From Anthoceros angustus (Eukaryota > Plantae > Anthocerotophyta), in assembly GCA_010909165.1 (NCBI GenBank), contig MU008193.1, positions 420,376 to 484,375 on the forward strand: 64,000 bases of DNA. The letters run 5' to 3'. Made by a program: the position numbers and the translations under genes. Positions 11,770 to 24,829 of this stretch are shown in pieces (the stretch's first letter is position 1; each line of letters opens with the position of its first letter). The notes beneath the pieces are model-generated. The model saw only the letters and a list, made by a program, of their open reading frames with translations, was not told where the DNA came from and did no database searches.

Positions 11770-14700
11770 ATACTCTAGCACAAGATAGCCAAATGTACTT
11801 TGCCATATGGCACAAAAGTGTGGCACCAAAGCATGCTTGCACCCATACCGCGGAAGATGAATATGGCTGGCAAGCCCCGCATATGATGCAGTTCGGCAAA
11901 TCCGTCACTTGCCCGACATCATCCCTAGCCCAACTGCGATCATTCCTATCTGCCTCAAACCATGGGTTCCTATCCTCCATCCTCAGATGCGAACCCTGAA
12001 CGCCACCCATGTTCTCTCCATCGTGTCTGGATGTAGCATGCACTGGGTTACGTGTGAGGCCACACAAAGCAGGCCATCGATGGGCGCACCAGTGTGCAAA
12101 ATCTCCATGTTCACGTGGAATCCGATTATACGGCGTCGCAATGATGGTCTGGGTCCACTCGGTTCACACTCGTACCAACGAACCTTCAACATAACAGGCT
12201 TGTACTCCTCCCATAAGTGCACGCGCAAGATTTCCTGTATGTCACCATAAAACACTCGCTCTACTTCACAACCGTCGTCTGCCCCTGTCCCGCTCATGAT
12301 AAATTTTATATTTTATCCTTCCGTGCTCGCGCCCGTATCTGTTGCCTCTATTGTTCTAAGGTGGCTGCCTTTGTTCCACATATGCCGATAAGCTCTGCCT
12401 CCATTCGTGGACCGTCCATGATAAGCCGACTTCATCATCATAGCCGGGTGATTCTCCCATGCGTTGCCAGACTTGCCTGCATGCAGCCAAACCTTGAAAG
12501 TTCGCCGTTCTCCACGTGCACCATACCTCCTCACCTCTTCCTCGTACATATCTAAAAATGGCTGCATCACCTCCATGTGGTACAACACATACGTGTGCAC
12601 CTGCCGTGCCTCCACGGCATCCAATTTGTACGGCCTCCCAGCACCAAGCACCTTCTCTCCGTCTCGCTCGTTCGCACTCCATAGCCCTCCAACATGACCA
12701 TAATAACGCCGCAAAAATGCCATCCCATAGTGCATACTCTCCTCCTTCAAGTACCCTACGCTATCGGCCTCGCCTTGGCCGGACGATCGCTTCCTCGTCC
12801 CCAGGTATCTTTCGACAGGATACATCCACCTCGTGTGCACCGGTCCGAGCACAGCTACCTCGTCCACTAAATGGATTATCAGGTGAGTGGATATATCAAA
12901 CAGTTTTGGAGGGAATTGCTTTTCGGATCGCACATCACCCTCGCTGCCTCCTCTTTCATTGCTTGGATTTCATGGCGGTATTGTCCATGGCAAATCCACT
13001 GTCGGCCGTCCTAACTTGACCACCGCCTTGTACACATCTGGGTCTATGCACCCTCGGAGGACAATCGAGAAGACTACTTCCATCATTATGTGCTAGTCAT
13101 GGCACTTCAGGCTTCCAACCTTGCCGCTCGCGATTTTCGCAGCTTAGACCCGTACCCCGTTGGCAGCTTTATGCGTTTCATTTCCTCAATAACACGTTTC
13201 GGTTCCTCTCGACCGGGACATATGCCGCGGGGCAATGGCCATCCTCCTCTGACCATAACCACCCTTTCCTCCACTCGCTTCCATGTCCATCCAGAGGCTA
13301 TGTCATCTCGGTCTCCATCAGCGTATGCCAAATGGCGTTGTTTTCTCGGCGTGCATAACGTCCTTTGGTGTTCGGTAAAACCGCCCGGATGGGAGGTCTA
13401 CAAACAAGGCCGACCTTCGTCGGGTTCCAAACCGGCCTCGATGGAGTCCGCGGTCGCGTTCACTCGCGCCATATCTTGATGACATCGACGAAGATGGCGG
13501 GGCGGTGGGGGCGATACTCGCCACTCCATTGTACCACCGCGCCGTCCAGCATCGCGCCGGAAGCCACCTCCAGCATATATTTCTTTCTTCAAGTCCGAAG
13601 AATACTGAATCAAGTCCTCCCGGCAATCAACACAGGCCCCTCACTTGCAATCCCGTGGTCCCAAGGCTGGGTAATCTGCTATGCAAAATCGCTGCTCGTA
13701 GTTTGAAATGCCTGTTTGGATGGTTGGCCGGTTTGGAGAAGTCTTAGTGTCCATGCCTCTCCAAAGGTCTGCGGGTCCTCGATTAAAGGCGCCATAAAGA
13801 CATCGAAATTCTGGCGATGCGAGCCCGCACAATCAGCGGCATAATCACATTCGCATCCTTTGTGCTGGCCCATGGTGGCATATTGTGCACGAACAACAAA
13901 ACCGGCCATATGGATGTGTTTGCGGACACATGGCCAAATGGATTGAAGCCATCATGCACAATGCAAACCTTACGTTTGTTGCTCTTCCCCAAAGCCGTCT
14001 ACTACAAGAGCTGTCCAGGCGGTGTGTAAACCATGATGGTCATGTCCCCATCTGGCTCTGTTTCCCCACATACCATGTCATCATCTCATTTGTATGTGGC
14101 ATTTGAAACATTCGCAGGCGTGCCTTCAACGGAAAATGCCAAAGCACCTTCGCGGTATTTCATCTTCCTCATCAAACCCTTCCCTAAACCGTGTGTGACG
14201 GCTGCGTGTAGTCGGCGTACTCTCCCTATAAAACACGGTCCCTCTCACGGCGGTGGATTTTCTGTACCTTGGCCCAAACATGTATAAAAGTGCCTTGGCC
14301 TCGTACATGTCTTTAGAGTTCGGTGGCGAATATCGGTGCAATTAGCAAAGTCATCATGGCGGCGTCATGATGTCATACATTGATTGCCAAGACAACAATA
14401 AGAGTGTGGCGCTTAGCACCTTTCCTTGAACCATGCCCTTGAGGATGTGGTACAAGGCGTTTCACACCCGACGCGCCATCACCCTCGCTTGCCCTCGTTC
14501 GCCGGTCGGTTGCCAACAACTCATCCACTGTGTACCGGTGGGCAAGTCCTCACCATCCGTCTCCTCTTCCGAATCGTTGCTATCACTTAGCATCGCTTTG
14601 TGGTGCCCTCGGACATATGTGACACCGTGTCGGGGATGCATGGTGCCCACTGTACGGTTGCCCATGCCCATCGTCACGCAATTATTGCATGGGCGCTGCC

Positions 14701-14880
14701 ATTAACCACAACAATTGAACCATATGGGCGATCGTGAAGGTCACAATGGTCCGTGCTGGCCCATGCCCTTGCATCAGGCGAAGGCAATGAACTCTGAGCG
14801 TGAGTGGAATCTGCCCGCGGCGCCTACGCACTCGGCAAGGCGGGAACATGTACGGCATCGCATCTCGTGGCATTCTCCCG
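11770..14880 (-). pseudogene. CACTA TnpD-type transposase (Transposase_21, DUF4218, DUF4216 motifs), frameshifted
   Basis: DGFNPFGHVSANTSIWPVLLFVHNMPPWASTK (13783-13992); NFDVFMAPLIED (13679-13909); FDISTHLIIHLVDEVAVLGPVHTRWMYPVERY (12313-12933); FYGDIQEILRVHLWEEYKPVMLKVRWY (11983-12297). Confidence 0.92.
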
Positions 14881-17399
14881 CTGCGTGACAGTGGATGGCG
14901 GAAGAAGAACTGGCGGGGAGGAAGAACTTGATTAAAATGGAAGCGTTCCCTTCAAGCGATTAAAGCCAAGCCCACAAGAAGTACGCGTGCACGGAAAAGC
15001 GGTACTTTCCACCATGGGGCGTGGACTCACCTCGACCTCGTTGCCTCGGGGCAGCTCGAGGATGCGTCGCTGCGAGCTAAAGCATCCACTATGTGTCGAC
15101 AATGGAAGCCTCGGCACCCTATGGTGTTCTCACGAGAATCAAGCGTTGCGAGACATCACCCGCGACGCGCCAAATACCACCGCCCAGCCGATCGAGCCAT
15201 GGTGGCATGTGGGTCCGTGTTTGGATTACCGTCAGCTCGAGTGCCGGGGAAGGAGGAGTTCGTGCACTGCGAGATGTCTTCGGATGGGCGCCCTCGGTGT
15301 CGCCGGCCACACCAATCGCCCTTCCGGGGAGCGATGGGATAGAAAGGGATGGCCGAGCGATATCGAGGTTGGGGACAACGGTCGAGCAGTTCGCTGCTTG
15401 TGGGTGACTCCACTTGGCAACATTCAATGTCATATGTTTGGCGGTGCGCCTACATTGACGGTGTCATGCCTTGTGTCCAAGAATGCGGTGAAAGGCAAAA
15501 CATTTCGGCGCCACCATCGCTAGTGTGCATAACCTCCTTCGCACTTTGTCTACGGCGAGGCGTGGAGCTCCCAAGCGGCGAAACAAGCGGAAAAGCGGAC
15601 CGCACCCAATGGCTGCGTCGCGTCCCATGCCGCCGTCCTCCCTCTCCCGGTCCATGCCTCATTGTGGATCTTCATCCACGGTGGGCGTGCATCCGATGTG
15701 AACCCTCCACATCTGCGGTTCATTCTCCAAAAAAAGGCGACTTAGACGCACAACATCTCCGCCGTGCAGCCTTTGCAAGAATTCGATTCGGTCTCGGTGT
15801 GCCTCTTCTTCCCATGGAGTCCCCTCCCACGAGGGTTGCTGCGCCCAGAGCGAGCCCCGCCTGCGCATTCAACCACTCGATTTCCTCTTTCCGCCTCACC
15901 GGACGATGGCCTCGGACGTCTTGCCCTGCGGCTCCCTTTGCCTTCGTCTTCCCTTTCGACCCTCCCTTCGTCCTTTCTTTTTCTGCGGCTGCGGATATGA
16001 ACTCCTTCCTTTCCTAACGGGTCCATGTCGCATCGCGACACACATTCCATGACTCGGTTCCTTTTAGAGCGGTGACCTTACGCTTGGGCAGGTGTGGGGT
16101 AGTAGCCTTTGTTTAATTCATGTCCATCCTCAGGCGCTAAGACCAGCGGAAGTTGAAGGCAATCATGACCCCGTAACGGAAATGTCACGATGCCGGTTGC
16201 ACATGGTGTCTGCCGAAGTATGGAGGCACCACTCCATACCCTCCATTCCGCAACCAGACCTCACAGCGCCCGTTTCTTTATTTCCACCCACCTTTGAAGT
16301 GTATGATTCATGGGAAAAGGACATTCGGCAAGGCGTTCCACATTACCACCTGCCTCGACCTCCAAGGTGTACACCTCCCTCCACCAACATGTACCTATGA
16401 AGAGAGGTAAAACCCGGGAGGCGAGGCCGTGCATACCGGGTCCTTGATGGCAGGCGGAGAGCAACCTTGTCCGTGTCGCTTCGGCAATGGACGGAGAGCA
16501 ACCTTCATCCATCGTCCTTGATGGCCATCGTCGGTGACTGCCCCAATCCTTCATAGCCATACTGGTGCCTATGTAGGAGCCCACAACCTCCGCACACAAT
16601 GTTGGAAGGAAGTTAGAGCACGGAAGGAAAAGGCGCATGCGGAACCAAAAACTATTGAGCAATGAGTGAAAAGGGTGAATCCCAGGCGACACCTTGGGCG
16701 GCACAGGTCATGGGCCATTTCCACACACACAACCAACCCCTGACACGAGATCCGAGAATGGCTGGTGGTCACGAACTCAAGGCGTTGGGAGGCTTCCACT
16801 TGGCCATTGGGCAGGGGGTTCAAAAGAGGCGAGATACACACACGGTTGGCACGAGCCACGGGTCCTTGATGGCCATCGGCGTTCGTGGAGGTGTCAAAGT
16901 GCAAGCCAGCGTATGCCCAACCCATTGATTGTAGGAATGCGGGTCTGTGCCGGCGGGAAGCCATCTGGACACATGGCACATTGCCAAGACACCGAGGCGG
17001 ATCGGGCATGCAGGCGGAGGGGCAGGTGGAGGGGTGGAGGGAGGGGATGTGGGGTTCACGGGTAGGCCTCAAGCTGGGGAGGAGACTTAAGCAAGAGCTG
17101 GATTTTCACATGCCGTGAGTTCGTGGTTAAAGCAAATCTCGGAGAGAGCCGATTTCTACTACTGGCCCCCGGATCATCGGGTTAGGGTTGGGGGATTATG
17201 CAATATCGACCGTCCGTTGTGTGCGACAAGGTTGCAGAGGCAGGCATTGATGGCAGTGGCGGGCTCGCCATGGCGACCTTTGGCGGTGGCGCCCGGCGAT
17301 GGCGGCGTGTAAGCGGGGTTTAATATAAGCATAATTTTCGCAATGCAGCTGCGTACGTCGAACAAGGACAACTAAAAACATTGACAATGGTGGAGCAGC

Positions 17400-19260
17400 G
17401 GCAGGGCGGCCGATCATGGCCGACTACCCCAAGTGAACAATTTTGTAATAAATCGTATGATGACACATATTCATTCCATGCCCACGCTATCCACGATGCA
17501 CCACGGCCGTTTGCACCTCACGGTGGCGCTCGCGTCTCTCATGTGTCACCTGGGAAGGATTGTCTTTGGTCCTGCGTCTCCATCCATGGTCGCATGCGGT
17601 CATGCTCCATGACAGTTGATGTTTGGATGCCCACATGAAAATGCGACATGTCTCATGTGTCACTTTTTGTACGCCATCGTGCATTTCGGTTGGCACATGC
17701 ATGACATCACAACGCGGCCACAGCGAGATTGATCATGCGGTCTATGATTCATCATGGACATATGACATAGTCATAGACCATGCGTTCCGCGGATTATCGT
17801 CGCCCATGCCATGTCAATGCATATCGAGGCCTTGCATGCATTACATGTCATGGCCATGCAATTTTGACCTGCCTCATGACATATATGCATGTCATGGTCC
17901 ATACCATGACATGCATGAAATCATATATCTCAATATCTCGCACCAACATTTTGAGCCGGACATGCGTGTCATTTCATGGGCCAGGACAAATGACCTCATG
18001 TCATGGCCCAAAATGTTGTCCTGGCTATGACATGTGTCATGGCCCAATGTCATGTGATGTCCTTGGCCCATGACATTTATATACATGTCATGGCCCAATG
18101 TCATGTGATGTCCTTGGCCCATGACATTTATATACATGTCATGGGCCAAGGACATCACATGACGTTGGGCCATGAAAATACATGTCATGGGCCAAGGTGA
18201 AATTTGTCCTTGGCCCATGATATGTATTTGCATGTCAATGTCATGTCCATGACATGCATACACATGTCATGGCCAAAGGATATTCTTGTCCTTGGCCCAT
18301 GACATGCATGTACATGTCATGGCCAAGGACATGTTTTGTCTTTGGGCCTTGACATGTGTAGGCATGACATGGGCGAAGGACAAAAATGTCTTTGGGCCAT
18401 GACATGAGGATACATGTCATGGCCCAAGGACAAATTTGTCCTTGGTCCTCATGTCATGGCCCAAGGACAAATTTGTCCTTGGACCATGAAATGTACATGC
18501 ATGTCATGGTCAAGACCATGGCATGTATATGCATGTCATGTGGAAGGCATGTATATGATGTTGGATGACATGCACATGGGGACATGAAAATGCACATTTG
18601 TCCTTGGCCGCATGAGGATGTCCTTGGCCCATGAATTGGCGGTGCAGATATTGGGTGCATGTCAAGATCTGATGTATGTGCATATATGACATGCATAAAT
18701 GCATGTCATGGTCCAAGGAGACAAATTTGTCCTTGGCCCATGACATGTATGCATGTCATGGCAAAAGATGTCCTTGGCATGACGGCACATACATATGGCC
18801 GACAAAACATGTCCTTGGTCATGACATGTATATGCATGTCATGGGCCAAGGATCATGGGCCATGACATGTTGTACATATGGACCAGGACATAATGACTTT
18901 GTAGGCATGTCATGGGCCAGGACAAATGCCTTGGCCCATGAGTATTTTCATGGCCCAATGTCATGTGATGTCCTTGGCCCATGACATGTATATGCATGTC
19001 ATGGGCCAAGGACAAATTCTTTGCCATGACATGTACATATAATGTCATGTGATGTCCGTGATGACATGATATATATATGCATGTTGGGCCAGGATGATGC
19101 ATGTTTGTGGGCGACATGTCGAGCCAAGGACAAATATTTCCTTGGGCCATGACATGAGGTCGCATTTGTCCTCGGCCCACGAAATGACTGTGCATGTCCT
19201 TGGCCCTCGAAATGTTGGTGCGAGATATTGGTGGCTATATATGTCTAGCAATGATAAGTG
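17400..19260. repeat. CATG-rich minisatellite array (core CCTTGGCCCATGACATG / CATGTCATGGGCCAAGG, both orientations)
   Basis: Dozens of copies. A near-exact ~51-bp direct repeat at ~18035-18135 is followed immediately by its reverse complement to ~18200. Confidence 0.9.
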
Positions 19261-19499
19261 TGGTGTTCAGTTGGTTTGGTCCCACATGTTATTACGAGGA
19301 CTTCACACATTAGGAGAAGGTGATGAGGTGGCAAAATTTGAATGGCGCAATGCGCATGCATTGTCGGATGCGGCATGCATGTCGTGGACTTGGCCTAACT
19401 TCCTTGTTGTCACGCGTTACTTCCACTTCCATCTTTTCAATCGTCACCTTGCGGTTGCCTTTGTCGGTTCTCTTCTTTCGACTTTCTTGTGATTACAAA

Positions 19500-22400
19500 G
19501 ATGGTGTGGGACGTGGACTTGAGGATTTGGTCATCCGCTAAGCGCGACTTCAACTGCCGTGACACACAGCGGTGAAGATGGCGTTCGGCATCAAGGAGGC
19601 GTCGCCGTGCGAGGCGATGTGAATGGCGACTATGGCGGCAGCGGCGGTGGTGGTGGGCGCGCGAGTGAGGGGACCATGCGCGCGTCACGGTGGGCATGGA
19701 GTGTCCGCGGCTCGCGGTGGGAAGCGGCGGGAGGTGGAAGCGGTGGGTGGACCCATAGAGGCCGGGCGGCTCCATCGAGGCGGCGAGGGGTGGCGGATGG
19801 TGGCGGTGACAGCGGCGGGGAGCCACCATGAAGATGGGCAGGCAAGTGTCCCTTCCAAGGTTGGAGGAGGCGGTGATGGCGATGCCCGGCAAGTTGCCCA
19901 TGAGGAGGTGGGATGGGAAGGATGCTTCCATCATCCCCAGGAGGGAGGCACCGCTCCTATGGGCCGTCTTGGCTGCTCGGAGGGTTTTTGGTCCTGTGGC
20001 GGCGGAGGTGGCCCTTCCCTTGGGCAGCGTGGTCCTCGGAGCCAACACGGTCCCCACCCTTGTGGCATGGATGCAGCAAGTCGCGCCTCTGAGGGGCCCA
20101 TTCCGCTCTCCCAGGGAGGACCACTGCCTTTGGCAGGCAGATCGAGGTGCACGCAGCCAAAGGGAGGAAGGCATGCTCCCGACCTCCAATGTGAAGAATT
20201 GGATGTGGGAGATGAGGACAGGGTTGAGGGGCAAGCCGGCCCGAGGCCGAGGCGGCCCGACTCCAGGCGGATGGAAATGGCGAGGCGAGGACAATTGCGA
20301 GGATGAGGCGAGGTGGGTGACATGGAAGAAGCAGGGGTGACGAGCCGGCGTCCCACTGCCTGTCCGGCGAGATAGGAGAACTCACCACAGGCGCTGGCGC
20401 AACTCGGCACGTCATTCTTTGTATTGCAGAGCTCCAGGCGGGAGGAGTGTTTATGGTATCGGCCCTTTGCGATGGAGGTTGAAAATGAGAGGATGAGGCG
20501 GATGGTGGAGGATGAAGAAGGTGAGGAGGGCCTTCCATCGGCGTGTCTTGGAGCTAGTGTGTGCGAAGATGGCGTTGATGGTGCGTGGACAAGCCATGAG
20601 TTGAGGGGTGAGTATGGTAGAGATTGAGTTTCAGTGTCGGATGAGATGAGATTGGCAAGGTTTGCGGTGCATCACGGACAAGGAACCTACGTAGGGAAGA
20701 AGGTGAGGCAAGGCTGCATTGATATGGAGGGAGAAGGGTAAGGATGCGAAATGGCTCCATCCGCCAAATGTCTGCGAGGCATGGAGGAAGGCCGTGGAGG
20801 CGGGGGGGTGTTGCACAAGAATGGGGGTGTGTGGCCAAGGCAAAGTGGCAAAGCATGATCAAGGGACCAATCCCTTTGGTCCACTAGGCGAAGATTTGAA
20901 AGGAAGTTAGGTACAGCGGTGGGGAGGGCCTTCGGTAGAGGAGCTGCGGTGAGCGAGGAATGGCTTGGAGAACATGCGGAGTATTGGAGAGAGGAAAAGG
21001 CATGGCATGGTGGGTGAGGAGGGCAGTGGGCGAGGCAGCTTGTCGTGATGTGATCACAGGTGGCATGTGCGGGATGCTTGGAGGCAGGAATGCAAGAGGA
21101 AGCAATGGGGCGAGGCGGGACGGTACATGCAGGGGTGTGAAGAGGGTGGGGGACGAGGGAGAGGGAGGAAGGCAGTTGCTGGTGGAGGATGGAAGAAGGG
21201 GGATAGTGGTGGAAGTGGTGGCACCGACACGGAGGATCACACGGAGCGTGTCGAAAAGTGTAAGGGCAAATGTGTTCCATGTTATGCAAAGTGTAATGCC
21301 ATGGGCGACATACTGACAGTGTGCCTCCTTGCAGCCCATGGTGGTCGTAAAAGAAGGAAGCCAGGTGGAAGGATGTGTGGGAAACGCAGAGCCTGTGAGG
21401 CGTGAGCAAGGGAAGAGAAAGTGGGCACCAAGCTTGACACCAACTAGCAAAGGAAGAAAAGCAGTGGTGCTACTGCGGGAAGAAGAAGAATCTTCCATTG
21501 AGGACAACCAATGGGTATAGCGGTGTGGGCAAGAAGCCTTAAGTAGCAAAAGTTTCGTTTATGTAGGATAAATGTGAGGCTTCGAGGAGATAGCGCCATC
21601 ACGGATGAATGTGTGGTTCATAGCACGGTGGGAAATTTGAAAGGGGAGATGCTTGTGGTTGACCGGAATCGATGACTCTGGAACAGACAATTGAGACATT
21701 GCTGGTTTGTGACATTGTTGGTAGGTGTGGTTGAAGCATGATTGCTGGCCGCTTTGGGAGCACGATGGGAAAACCAGAAAGACAAGTAGTCTCGGGAAAT
21801 AGATGTGGAGAAATGTTTAGTGTTTTGGAATGGGATGGCTCATGGGAAAAGGCTAGGCGAGGCGGGGATCGGGGAACCTACGACGACATCGCTCATGTCT
21901 ACCGGACAAAAGCATGGGGTTCTTCCCCGTCACTTGTGATATGTTAATGAAGCGCTAGGTGTCTTCCGCTGTGCAAGGGCTGCCCATGTACTAGCGCCCT
22001 TTCAGACATCAAAAGTTCTTCCCAACCTTGTAGCATCGGTAGGAATGCATCCTACTTTAAATTAAGTAAGTGGTAGGCGCCTGATGTTCTATGAGCGGTT
22101 GCTTTCGGCGGCAACATTATGTATAAAGGAACCTGTCATCCATGTACTGGTGTTGGTGGAGTGGAGGCGAGATGGTGAGGAGTTAATGGTGGCGTGTTGA
22201 GGCTTCAAACCGTGCATTTTCCCACAGCGCACAACAAGTAGTAAGCAGGACTTGCACAAAAAGGCGCACACCCTTAGGAATGTGCGGTATAGGCGCCTAC
22301 ACCAACGATATAACGATATCACATGTATGAAATAATAATAATGTATAATCCAGTGGTGATAAGAATATATCTACAAGTAGGTACCTATACGTATAAAGGT

Positions 22401-22590
22401 AATGTGCCCTCCATTTCTACCAGTATATCAGGCAAAAGCCATAAACAATTAGTATACGAGCAAATAATAGATGGAGTGAGGTGGAAGGTGACAGGTAATG
22501 GGCATGTTACTATGATATTTAGGTCTGGGCACCATTATCCAATAGTTGTGAAGAGAGAGTGCAAAGAAGAGCGGTATGAAAAACGTTAAC
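19500..22590 (+). pseudogene. Unknown cargo/accessory gene of CACTA copy A
   Basis: Pyrimidine-rich acceptor ending ...TTACAAAG at 19500. Segments are homologous to copy B (GRGLEDLV; GKDAKWLHPPNV..AWR.AVE; VAPTRRITRS.SKSV). Many stops and indels. Confidence 0.55.
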
Positions 22591-22868
22591 TAATTGTACT
22601 CCCAATGGGCTGTAATAAAGATGGGGACTGAGAGAGAAGAGAGAGAGAGGGGTCCTTGTTACAGTCATGTTGCAATTGCATTTTAGGAATTCATAAACAA
22701 TGCGGATAAGAGAGGGGATGTAGTTAAGAGGGTGAAGTGGTAGGAGAGAGGGGCAGGTTCGTGTTAAGATGGTTGGCCCACTTGGGGAAAGAAATGACAC
22801 ACTTAATAATACCAAGCCTCCAAACGATGTTGCAAGTTAGAAGTGTAACATAAAATTGCAACAACGAC

Positions 22869-22897
22869 TGTAACATAGGCTGCCCTTTCTAGTAGGG
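22869..22897. repeat. Terminal inverted repeat of CACTA copy A
   Basis: TGTAACATAGGCTGCCCTTTCTAGTAGGG; the reverse complement begins CCCTACTAGAAAGGG. Followed by TGT (candidate half of a TSD). Confidence 0.9.
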
Positions 22898-23014
22898 TGT
22901 CCACCGCTCAGCATCATCCAAATTTTCGGGTTCCTACTGCAGAAACCACTCCTTGTCTAGGCATACAATTGCATCATGAGAATTGGTCAGTCTCCTCAAA
23001 AGCATGGTTTCCAG

Positions 23015-24200
23015 TTATAAGGTGATCACCGCTCGCTGTTCCCTTTCTTCCGCCTTTTGATCCACCGCCACCGCCCAACCGCTCCGATTTTTTTGCTTAC
23101 TTTGTGGAATTGCGATGCGGTTTTTTCGATGCCCTCGCAGTGTTTCTCCACCAACTGACTGGCGTTGTGGCCTCGGTCTCGCTGGTCCGATTTCTTCTTC
23201 GCTTCGCTTGGGGCACCGGCGGGTCGCCAAGTGCGCCCGCCATGTCCTTCTTGCTCCGCAACTTCCTCCCGATGCCATGATACCCCGCATACAACAGGGA
23301 AGAAAGCGGAGCCGGGTTAGATGAAATATTGGAATTGTGCATGTAGACCGTGTGGAAAGGAATAGGCAAGGCAGTGCGCACTTACCCGGGCGCCGAGCGC
23401 AAACGATGAAGGAAGGACGGCGGTGGTCCCAATTTACTTGCGGCGCCCATCTGCCGCGCAACGCGTTCAAACGGCGAGGCCTGTGAAGGTGTTTCGCTTG
23501 TGGGCTGGAGCACTTGGGGAACATAAACCCCTGCTTTGAGCCGCGATTATATGAGTTTGGTCAATCGATTGGCACATTACCGGTAAAATCCATGATTTAC
23601 CTTCATTTAATCGATTCCTTGTTTCAAATGCTCATTGGTGGCTCACATGTCGTTGGGGAAAGGCGGCGCATTTCCAATGAGTTCAAAGATTTCCGTTGTC
23701 GAGCATTTAAGTGGTGCATGCATCGATTTGTCACCGCCGCCGCCACTCTTAGCTAAGACTCATATGTCACACCGACTCTAAAGATGCTCGCTTGTCGGGT
23801 TGGAGACTATTGTCACCTCTGAGTTCTGAGTGGACCACGATGTTACACTTAACTCACAGCTCTGAAGCGTTTGAGGTGAGCGCTGTTCCCGCGGTTTGCA
23901 ATTCTATAGGCTTTCAGATGTTCCTCCAGAGCTAACAATCGGCTTCCACCGGATTTTGTAGGACGAGGAAAACGATGTTGTGTCGCAATTCCAGAGGGAC
24001 TTTGACGCTGCCAAGAAGAGAAAACGCAATACCCGCTTGAACGCTGGTGCCGAGGGTGTGTCGAAGTTTGTAACCGCGACACCGCAGACCCTTGGTGCAA
24101 TGTGGACCATCGATGTTGTGTTTTGTCCTCTCCCTCTACACTCCGACGCACTTTATATGGAACTGGAATTGTAGACAAACCAGGTGGATGCTTGAGTTCT
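23015..24200 (-). pseudogene. Unidentified decayed ORF, divergent from the Sola3-like transposase
   Basis: Protein-like minus-strand frames in ORFs 23015-23524, 23097-23381 and 23849-24178 (e.g. RLLALEEHLKAYRIANR). No recognisable family motif. Confidence 0.3.
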
Positions 24201-24829
24201 GACTAATGTTGACATGACTTCTTCAGACAAAGGCTGGAGGAGGCACATGCAAACATCACCAAGACTTCCTCGGTGTGTTCCCCACACTCCAAGAAACGTG
24301 AACCTCTATGCAGCTATGGAGCGGAGTCCGGGAAGTTCGAGGCATGGAGGAAGAGGACAACACGATCGCCGACATTGCGCCGGGGTTTGTTTGCAGCGGA
24401 TGAAAGGTGGTCAGCACGGCTCAACCTCGCGATGAATCACCGATTGCCGAACCGACGACAAGGGATGGGTAATGAGATGCTCTTTCCACCCCAAGCCACC
24501 GAGTGAAACATGTAACGATGTGTGGATTGGTATTAAAAAAAGCGGGCATGTGGGGTTCCATTGTCCAAAAGCGATAGCGAGTACAAGGACTGGAAACCAT
24601 GCAACAACACTGTGTGCAAACTCTGCAAGGCAAACTTGCAAGAGCAGCGTATCGTTATCCGAGGATGGGGAGGCGGAGCAAGAAGCGTTTTGCGTCACTA
24701 GTGGATGTGGACATCGCGAAACCTAAGGAGAAGGTCATCACACATATCATGGGAGCGGGCGCATTCGGTGTTGTTTGCAAGCATTCGGAGAGTTTATTGC
24801 ATAGGTTCCGAGTATGAGGAGTTGAAGGC

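Larger units (their letters stand above)
11770..22897 (-). mobile_element. CACTA/CMC DNA transposon copy A (one end missing), inverted relative to copy B
   Basis: TIR at 22869-22897 differs by one base from the copy B TIR. Subterminal 22660-22870 is clearly homologous to 33145-33360. The internal order (cargo ORF, CCAAGG/CATG repeats, transposase) is collinear with copy B in reverse. Confidence 0.85.

Noticed and set aside
19437-20538. Long GC-rich ORFs (285, 227 and 193 aa)
   Set aside because: Overlapping open frames on both strands with low-complexity R/P/G content; explained by high GC in the decayed cargo region.
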